Source: a bacterium (GTDB lineage: Bacteria; UBA10199; 2-02-FULL-44-16; JAAZCA01). Taken from it: a stretch of 64,000 bases of DNA. The stretch lies in assembly GCA_963674695.2 (NCBI GenBank), contig CAXXGI010000001.1:864001-928000 (forward strand), in the 5' to 3' direction. The notes beneath the pieces were generated by a model that worked only from the letters and a program-made list of their open reading frames with translations, was not told where the DNA came from and made no database searches. Of the stretch, positions 57,605 to 64,000 are shown one piece after another; within the stretch, counting starts at the first letter, position 1; each line of letters begins with the position of its first letter. The position numbers and the translations under genes are program-made.

Positions 57605-59737
57605 TTGCCTTGTGTCATCAAAAAAATCGTCCCCGTCGCCTTGTTTTTTTTCTTCATGTCCTGCGGCACGGGCCCGGCGTTGGAAGAAAAAACGGGTAGC
57701 AATGCATCGGTGAACGTCGCCACCGGATCCGTCGATGTCGATATCAATTCAGGATTCACACTCGAGTTCAGCGTCGCCGCCAACACAGCAAGCGTTACGT
57801 CATCAACCTTCTTCGTCGTTCCGACAATCGTAGCGGACACATCTGCAGACATCGCCACGAAGGCCGCGATCAACACCAGCATCTGCGATCCGGCAAACGC
57901 CCTATCGGGCTCGATAACGCCCTCCACTCCGGGGAGCTGCGTCACCTCTTATTCATTGACCCCCGATTCCCCCCTTGGATATGAAACCGAGTACGCCCTC
58001 TGCGTGACCTCGGGAATTTCTTTCTGCAATCCAAATGTAAACGGCTTCTTTTCGGGGATGATGGAGACATTTACCACTGTTGCCGAGGGCGCAACCTACA
58101 CGGTCGGCGGAACGGTTACGGGTCTCAGCGGAACAGTCGTCTTACAAAATAACGCCGGTGATGACCTTACCCTGACAGGAGATGGAGCATTTACATTTTC
58201 AACCGCTATAACAGATGGCGCGGCCTATGACGCAACCGTAAAGACAAACCCGGACACACAAACCTGCACCGCATCGAACAACAGCGGGACGATCAGCGGC
58301 GCCAATGTCACAAATGTAACGGTAACATGCTCCACACATACATATACAGTTGGAGGCTCAGTCTCCGGACTTTCCGGAACCGTGGTGTTGCAAAATAACG
58401 CAACCGACGATTTGTCAGTCAACGCAAATGGCAGCTTCACCTTCCCGACCGAAGTCGCAGATGGATCTGGATACGCCGCAACTGTAAAAACAAATCCGAG
58501 TGAGCAGGCATGTGTTGTCGTGAATGATTCGGGAACTATCGATGGCGCCGATGTCACAAACGTTTCCGTAACGTGCACAACGAACACATATTCCATTGGT
58601 GGAACTCTCACGGGACTCGACACAGGCAGCGGCCTTGAAGTCGTCTTGCAGAACAACGGCGGTGACAATAAGACGCTCGATGCAAACGGTGCATTTACTT
58701 TTTCTGCGGAGCTAGAAGCCGGAGATGCGTATGCGGCAACCGTATCGACACAACCGGATGGTCAGGCCTGTCATGTGACGAATGGAGCAGGAACTATCAG
58801 CGGTGATGTTTCAAACGTAACCGTGTACTGCGCTTACTTTGCATATGTTGCAAATCGGACCGATGAAACAATTTCCGTAATAGATACAACGGACAACAGT
58901 GTCTACACCACCATAACGGATGGCTTGGGCTCTGGGCCATACGGCGTCGCTCTCACTTCTGATGGCAGCACTGCATATGTGACAAACAGGAGTGGCACAA
59001 CTGTCTCGGTCATCAGCACTGCTTCAAACACCGTAACCAACACCATATCTCGGGGAAGCGCTCCGCTCATTCAGCAGCCGATCGGTGTCGACATATCCCC
59101 TGATGACAACACGCTTTATTTTGCAAGCCACGACAATGACCTCTTATTTGTTTACGATATAAGCGGAAGTCCATCGTACACAACCGCCGTTTCCGTAGGC
59201 GACGGACCTGCAAACATTGCCGTTAATCCTATTGGCACCTATGTCTATGTGCCAACCTATGGCGCCAACATTTCAATCGTCGACACATCAGATAATACCG
59301 TGTCCAAGACACTCGCCGTTGGAACCAATCCTCACAACGCCTCCTTCTCTCCCAACGGAACTCATGCCTTTATTTCAAATAACGGAAGCAGCAATGTTTC
59401 TGTCGTAGAGACAGCTGGGCAAACGGTTGAAAGAACTGCCTCTGTTGGAGCCAATCCTCAAGGATCGGCAGTGACGCCTGACAGCGCCTTTGTCTATGTG
59501 ACAAATGCCGGACCCGGAAATCTCTCCCTTATCAATACATCCACATGGGCGGTTTCAACAATATCCGATGCCAGTTTTGATGGCCCAACTTTTGTGACAA
59601 TAGATAAGGATGGAGACTATGCGTATGTGAGCAACTCCGGCAGCAATACGGTGACTATAATAGATATGTCGGACAACAGCATTACCGGCACCATCACCGT
59701 TGGTAACGGGCCGGAAGGGATGGCTATCCAAAAATAA
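57605..59737 (+). CDS. Surface lipoprotein with an Ig-like domain, three Cys-containing repeats and a YVTN/YncE beta-propeller
   Basis: GGAGG RBS then TTG; lipobox FMSC; three Y(T/S)(V/I)GG..TGL..VVLQNN...V.V.C repeats; repeated AYVxN..TVSVI. Lower GC than the flanks. Confidence 0.85.
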   Translation: MPCVIKKIVPVALFFFFMSCGTGPALEEKTGSNASVNVATGSVDVDINSGFTLEFSVAANTASVTSSTFFVVPTIVADTSADIATKAAINTSICDPANALSGSITPSTPGSCVTSYSLTPDSPLGYETEYALCVTSGISFCNPNVNGFFSGMMETFTTVAEGATYTVGGTVTGLSGTVVLQNNAGDDLTLTGDGAFTFSTAITDGAAYDATVKTNPDTQTCTASNNSGTISGANVTNVTVTCSTHTYTVGGSVSGLSGTVVLQNNATDDLSVNANGSFTFPTEVADGSGYAATVKTNPSEQACVVVNDSGTIDGADVTNVSVTCTTNTYSIGGTLTGLDTGSGLEVVLQNNGGDNKTLDANGAFTFSAELEAGDAYAATVSTQPDGQACHVTNGAGTISGDVSNVTVYCAYFAYVANRTDETISVIDTTDNSVYTTITDGLGSGPYGVALTSDGSTAYVTNRSGTTVSVISTASNTVTNTISRGSAPLIQQPIGVDISPDDNTLYFASHDNDLLFVYDISGSPSYTTAVSVGDGPANIAVNPIGTYVYVPTYGANISIVDTSDNTVSKTLAVGTNPHNASFSPNGTHAFISNNGSSNVSVVETAGQTVERTASVGANPQGSAVTPDSAFVYVTNAGPGNLSLINTSTWAVSTISDASFDGPTFVTIDKDGDYAYVSNSGSNTVTIIDMSDNSITGTITVGNGPEGMAIQK

Positions 59738-59771
59738 AAAAACGAAGACTGAATTCGAATGTATAAAAAGG

Positions 59772-59810
59772 AAAAGGCCATAACCTGCTGTGGGTTATGG
59801 TCGTTTTTTT
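59772..59810. terminator. Terminator hairpin after the YVTN gene
   Basis: aaaaggccataacc-tgctgtg-ggttatggtc-gttttttt. Confidence 0.7.
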
Positions 59811-59976
59811 GCTCGGGTGGCCAGGCGCCGGCTCGCTTGCCCGCCGAAGCTTTAGCGAAGGAGGGCGCACGCACTCGCCGGCACTTCAGCATTATATGGC
59901 TTTGCATGCGCAAAGCCTCAAAGTATTGAAGGTCGTCGAACAGGAGCCTTACGGCTCCGTTCGAGTCAATTTCAAA

Positions 59977-60028
59977 GGAGCCAAAAGAAACGGGGAAGGC
60001 AATTGCCTTCCCCGTTTCTTTTGGCTCC
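59977..60028. repeat. Perfect 52-bp palindrome overlapping the tRNA 3' end (likely terminator)
   Basis: ggagccaaaagaaacggggaaggcaa|ttgccttccccgtttcttttggctcc. Confidence 0.85.
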
Positions 60029-60417
60029 GGTGGCCAGACTCGAACTGGCGACCCGCTGATTACATGTGTTCCACTCGTTTCCGAGCGGCATGGACTATCT
60101 CATCACCATATCCACATTCGGACTGTAGGTGGCGGGCGCTTGTGGGGGATTATTCTTTCGTCACCCCCTAGTCTCTGCACCTTCCCCCCGCCTTTGACAT
60201 CGGGAGGCTTGGCTCAGGGTTACCCGCCGCTTCGCGGAAATCCAAATCTCAAATGACTAAATCCTCAATGAAACATTCGGATCCAGGATTTGGAATTTAG
60301 GATTTCCCGACGAAGTCGGGGAGGGATTCCCTGAATTCACCCGCTTTTCACCCTGCCGTTTCCGACAGGGGCTGCCTTGTGACAGTCAGCTGCTCTAACC
60401 AACTGAGCTACACCGGA
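60022..60417 (-). tRNA. tRNA-Asn(GTT), split: exon 1 60417-60382, exon 2 60062-60022
   Basis: Joined exons give a 77-nt cloverleaf: acceptor TCCGGTG/CACCGGA, D arm GCTC/GAGC, anticodon arm GCTGA-CTGT|TAA-TCAGC, T arm GCCAG-TTCGAGT-CTGGC, G73 and encoded CCA. Confidence 0.93.
60063..60381 (-). ncRNA. Group I intron (319 nt, no ORF) in the tRNA-Asn anticodon
   Basis: P1 CUGU/GCAG with a U.G pair at the 5' splice site; terminal G. Core elements P GAATTCAGGGAA, Q AACCCTGAGCCAAG, R GTGCAGAGACTAG, S GAGATAGTCC. P3 GCGGGTG/CGCCCGC, P7 GACTA/TAGTC, GAAA-capped P2 and P9. Confidence 0.92.
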
Positions 60418-60466
60418 ATATTACACCTTTCAAAGAGCGCGAAAAATCGCGCATGCCTAACACCAA

Positions 60467-61057
60467 TCATTCGGCGTGTAAACCCCGTTTCGCATGGTTC
60501 TCGGCGTGCTGGCCCCGGCGCAGGATCGGCGCATAGACGCGAAAATAGGCGATCTCCGCAGTGAGCATGCCGGCCAGAATGAGGCCGGGGAGGGTAAGCG
60601 ACTCCATCCGGCCATCCCAGCGGCTCGCGGCGAAGATGGCTGCGGAGCTGCAGACCAGCCCCAGCTCGACGGCGAAGGCCCAGTGATGGCCGCGATGCAG
60701 ATCCCGTTCATGCAGGCCCACGCCCGGAATCCAACCGCCCCAGGGCGTGACATGCATCCGGCGGCGATTGATGAGATCAAAGACCCAGTGCGACAGCACG
60801 CAGCCGCCATAGATGAGCGCATCGACGGCATTCGCGCCGAAGATCAACGCCGCCGCGACCGTCGCCACGGTCAGCAGTGCGACCGCCAGGAGGGTGTGCG
60901 AAAAGCGCTCGTCGGCGCCCAGGCGCTCAAGCCCCAGAAGGACGAGGAGCGCGTGCACCAGATCCACGAGTAGACACAGCCCCATCGCCAGCGGCAGATT
61001 CACTTCCGGCCGGAGGGCCTTGGCCACGAGTGCGGGGGCGAGATGGGCGACGAGCAT
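60467..61057 (-). CDS. Membrane-bound metal-dependent hydrolase-like (YdjM-like) protein
   Basis: M..AH, LVDL, FSHTLL and LSHWVFD motifs within TM helices. Confidence 0.7.
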   Translation of the reverse strand: MLVAHLAPALVAKALRPEVNLPLAMGLCLLVDLVHALLVLLGLERLGADERFSHTLLAVALLTVATVAAALIFGANAVDALIYGGCVLSHWVFDLINRRRMHVTPWGGWIPGVGLHERDLHRGHHWAFAVELGLVCSSAAIFAASRWDGRMESLTLPGLILAGMLTAEIAYFRVYAPILRRGQHAENHAKRGLHAE

Positions 61058-61146
61058 GTCGACATCGTGCCCGCTTTTTCCGCCCATCGCAACCCCGCCC
61101 CGTTTTTCCTTGCCCGCCCGGCCCGGCGGGTCTATGTGGAGCGCCT

Positions 61147-62040
61147 ATGGCAATGGTCGACCACAGACGCCTTTCCAACGAAGAACTCATCGACCTCCTC
61201 TTCAACCAGGAGGATCGGCTCCCGCGCGCCGCGGTTGATGAGATCCTGCGCCGCGAGTCCGAAATGTTGCCGATCTTGAGTGAGATCGCCATGGACCGCA
61301 CCGTCTGGATCGCCGACACCCCCGAGTGGTGGGCGCCGGTGCATGCCACCTATATCCTCGGCGCCATCGGCGGCCCCGAGGTCCTCGTCCCACTGCTTGC
61401 CGCGCTGCGCTGGTCGGACGCCTACGACAACGAATGGGCCGCTGAAGACCTCCCCTCCATCCTCGGCTCGATGGGGGAGATCTCCCGCCCGGCCATTCTC
61501 GGCTGCATCGCCGATCGCAGCGCCGGCTGGTCCGCACGCTCCATCGCGATGGACGCCCTGGGCTCACAGGCGATGCGCACCCCCGACACGGAAGAGGAGT
61601 CAATGGGACTGCTCGGGGCAATCCTGCGGGATGAAAGCGAAGAATACGGCGCACGTCGGAGCGCAGCCTACATCCTGCTCGACTTCCGGCGCACCGATTT
61701 CAAGAAGGAACTCATTGCGATTGCCTGGGAGGAGGATCGGCGCCAGCAGCAACTCCCCGACTATCGCGTCGCCTTCACCCCCGACCAGATCGAGAGCGAG
61801 CTCACCCTCCCGCGCCGCGGCATGGACGTCTATCTGCGCGATTGGCTCACCTTCTATGACGCCGATGAGATCACGCGGCGACAGTCGCGTTGGACGGAAC
61901 AGGACAGCCGCCGACGCATGGAGGTCGACGAAGAGCTGGCCCCGCATTCGCGTCAAAGCTTCGTCATCTCGCCCAGCGATCCCTGCCCCTGCGGCAGCGG
62001 AAAACCCTATCGACGCTGCTGTTTCAAGAAGCTGCATTGA
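61147..62040 (+). CDS. DUF1186-like helical protein with C-terminal SEC-C motif
   Basis: WAPVHATYILG, HEAT-like repeats, terminal DPCPCGSGKPYRRCC. Confidence 0.8.
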   Translation: MAMVDHRRLSNEELIDLLFNQEDRLPRAAVDEILRRESEMLPILSEIAMDRTVWIADTPEWWAPVHATYILGAIGGPEVLVPLLAALRWSDAYDNEWAAEDLPSILGSMGEISRPAILGCIADRSAGWSARSIAMDALGSQAMRTPDTEEESMGLLGAILRDESEEYGARRSAAYILLDFRRTDFKKELIAIAWEEDRRQQQLPDYRVAFTPDQIESELTLPRRGMDVYLRDWLTFYDADEITRRQSRWTEQDSRRRMEVDEELAPHSRQSFVISPSDPCPCGSGKPYRRCCFKKLH

Positions 62041-62094
62041 CCTCATGAACCATCCCGAATAGAATAGTTCTGTTCACCATCGCAGGAGGGGATC

Positions 62095-62511
62095 ATGCCG
62101 AATTGGAACGAAGTGGAAACGCAGGCAAAAAAACTCATCGACGAAGGCATTCGCATGCTCAAGACGGGCGCAAACGAAGCCGAGGTCATCGCGGGCAAGA
62201 CCGCCAGCTCCGCTAAACTCCATGTCGCCATGGGGCAGAACCGCCTGGAAAACTATCGCACCGTGCACGACCTGGGCGAAATCGTCTTCAAGGCACTGAA
62301 GAAGGATGCGACGAGCAGCGCCATCGCGGTGACGCCCAAGATGAAGGAACTCTTTACCAAGATTCAGAAACGAGAGACAGTCGCCGCTGAAGCGGAAGAT
62401 AAACTCAAACACTATACGATCGTGCGCACGGATGCCCCGAAGAAGTCAAAAGCCGCGCCGAAGAAGACCAAACCCTCCGGCACGAAGGGGTCATCGGCCA
62501 AGCGTCAGTAA
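62095..62511 (+). CDS. Hypothetical helical protein with Lys-rich tail
   Basis: AGGAGG RBS, host-like codon usage, basic C-terminus APKKSKAAPKKTK. Confidence 0.7.
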   Translation: MPNWNEVETQAKKLIDEGIRMLKTGANEAEVIAGKTASSAKLHVAMGQNRLENYRTVHDLGEIVFKALKKDATSSAIAVTPKMKELFTKIQKRETVAAEAEDKLKHYTIVRTDAPKKSKAAPKKTKPSGTKGSSAKRQ

Positions 62512-62957
62512 GTAATCTCTCGCACCCCGCGCATCGCCTCATCGAGCATATCGGGCGAACGCGCAAATCCCCCCAACGCAAACGCCGCATCGCGCACCTC
62601 AATATCATCGCTGATCACGATGATCTCTCCCGGTGCGCCCGCGTGCGCATACCCCTCCACCTCTCCTGCGCGCAGACGACGCAGCAGGTCGGCCAGCATC
62701 GTGTCCGCCGACTGCCCGCGCTTAGAGAATAAAACATCCACGCCGGCAAACGTTTCATGTGTGGAGAGTGCAGCATCCCCGGCCGGGCGACCCGCACCGT
62801 CGAAGACGACGATCGCGGCGTGCCCGCTTGCAGCCGCATACTCCTCCAGGGCCATCAGAAATGCCTCACGGCCGGAGGCAAGACCTCCGCCTTCGACGCG
62901 GCGAAACCGCGGAATGCGGCGAATGGCGTTATAGCCGTCGATGAGGAGCAGGGCCAT
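62505..62957 (-). CDS. NYN domain protein (YacP/Rae1-like)
   Basis: LLIDGYN, IVVFDG, VLFSK.G.SAD, VISDD.EV..AA...G. Confidence 0.88.
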   Translation of the reverse strand: MALLLIDGYNAIRRIPRFRRVEGGGLASGREAFLMALEEYAAASGHAAIVVFDGAGRPAGDAALSTHETFAGVDVLFSKRGQSADTMLADLLRRLRAGEVEGYAHAGAPGEIIVISDDIEVRDAAFALGGFARSPDMLDEAMRGVREITY

Positions 62958-63065
62958 GGGAGGGCCACCTACTGCGCTGAAGGTGAAATGACAAGCACGG
63001 ATGACAGGGTTATGCGACTATGCTAAGGACATGCCATACGCTAAATGCTGAAAAAGGAGGTTCAT

Positions 63066-63263
63066 ATGCTCTCCCTCATCGCATTTGCTCGCCCCGGTAT
63101 CGGGGAGATCCTCCTGGTGGCACTCGTCATCCTCGTCATCTTCGGTGCACAGCGTCTGCCGGAGATCGGCCGCGCGGCCGGAAAGGCGATTCGTAATTTT
63201 CAGCGGGCCTTTCGCGGCCAGTCCTCCGAAGACAAAACCCCCGACTCCTCCGACACCAACTGA
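63066..63263 (+). CDS. tatA: Twin-arginine translocase TatA/TatE
   Basis: GIGEILLVALVILVIFGAQRLPEIGRAAGKAIRNF; AAGGAGG RBS. Confidence 0.92.
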   Translation: MLSLIAFARPGIGEILLVALVILVIFGAQRLPEIGRAAGKAIRNFQRAFRGQSSEDKTPDSSDTN

Positions 63264-63270
63264 GGCTCCC

Positions 63271-63453
63271 ATGTTCGGCATCGGTATGACAGAAGGCATC
63301 GTCATTACCCTGGTGGCACTGATCGTCTTGGGACCCAAGCGCGCGCAGGAGATCGCCCACCGCGCGGGCGCAAAGATTGGCCGCCTCATGGAAACGGTGC
63401 GCGAGTTTTCAGAGACGAACGCAGCGGAGACTGACCGCGATGACAACGCCTGA
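63271..63453 (+). CDS. tatB: Twin-arginine translocase TatB-like subunit
   Basis: MFGIGMTEGIVITLVALIVLGPKR; located between tatA and tatC. Confidence 0.8.
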   Translation: MFGIGMTEGIVITLVALIVLGPKRAQEIAHRAGAKIGRLMETVREFSETNAAETDRDDNA

Positions 63454-64000
63454 CACCCCCAGACCCGTCAGCGAACACCTGCGCGAAATGCGTCGCCGAA
63501 TCTTCATCTGCATCGGCGCGCTGGCATGCGGGGCGCTCGCGGCCATCCCCTTTCAGGATCAACTCCTCGCCTTCATCATGCACCCGCTGCGCGAAGCGTT
63601 CGGACCGGAAATATCGCTCGTCGCGCTCACCCCCTTCGAAGCCTGGATCATCTCGCTCAAGCTCGCGCTCGTCGTGGGCGCGGTCATCGCACTGCCGATC
63701 ATCATCTGGCAGGCCATCGCCTTCTGGGCACCGGCATGCCGTAACCGATCGCCGCGCGCGACACCAATCCTGATCCTGGCCCTGGCGGGAATGTTTTTGG
63801 CAGGCGCTGCCTTCTGCTATAAACTCATCCTCCCCGGCGCCTACCGCTTTGCGGCCGCCAACATGGACGACGCCCTCATCACCTTTCTCCCCCACGCCTC
63901 GGCGATCGTCACCTTTACGCTTCGCCTGCTCCTCGCCTTTGGCATCGCCTTCGAGTTGCCGTTCATCGTCGCGCTGCTCATCCGTTTGAATCTCGTCTCG
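63440..64000 (+). CDS. tatC: Twin-arginine translocase TatC, 3'-truncated by the window edge
   Basis: MTTPDTPRPVSEHLREMRRRI, LTPFEA, PIIIWQ, FGIAFELP. Frame is open to the window end. Confidence 0.9.
   Translation, partial: MTTPDTPRPVSEHLREMRRRIFICIGALACGALAAIPFQDQLLAFIMHPLREAFGPEISLVALTPFEAWIISLKLALVVGAVIALPIIIWQAIAFWAPACRNRSPRATPILILALAGMFLAGAAFCYKLILPGAYRFAAANMDDALITFLPHASAIVTFTLRLLLAFGIAFELPFIVALLIRLNLVS

Noticed and set aside
60022-60417. tRNA-Thr(TGT), or a tRNA broken by a prophage or IS
   Set aside because: A Thr junction would need an intron not ending in G. U1-A72 and G73 fit Asn, and the insert has a full group I core with no ORF.
59797-60564. ORFs overlapping the tRNA or intron as a possible homing endonuclease
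   Set aside because: They are antisense to the tRNA (WLRWPDSN is the tRNA T-arm read backwards) and have no LAGLIDADG, HNH or GIY-YIG motif.

Overview
GC-rich core chromosome of a Gram-negative bacterium. Gene content (STAS gene between mraZ and rsmH, tamB before an Omp85 gene, MltD with many LysM domains) suggests a 'deltaproteobacterial' lineage; this is inference. The window holds two glycosyltransferases, a Lys-rich histone-H1-like/SWIB protein, ilvE, a frameshifted acs, an RraA-family gene and mltD. It also holds a complete minus-strand dcw cluster (mraZ to ftsZ), two CAAX proteases, an ldcA/serine hydrolase/mpl peptidoglycan-recycling unit and tamB plus Omp85. Further on are a CDP-alcohol phosphotransferase fused to an alkaline-phosphatase-like domain next to a radical SAM gene, a REP-embedded GIY-YIG nuclease, a porin, pepA, tsaA, yhbY, an OmpA protein, a YVTN lipoprotein and tatABC. 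The most striking signal is a tRNA-Asn(GTT) gene split inside its anticodon (35/36) by a 319-nt group I intron (60022-60417, minus strand). Other notable signals are a catalytically eroded MurB in the dcw cluster, heptamer-repeat arrays at many gene junctions and inside the intron, a GCAAC-N14/15-GCCGA promoter-like motif found four times, and a GIY-YIG gene sitting between the two arms of a palindromic repeat. Start codons were trimmed by eye where the ORF track over-extends.
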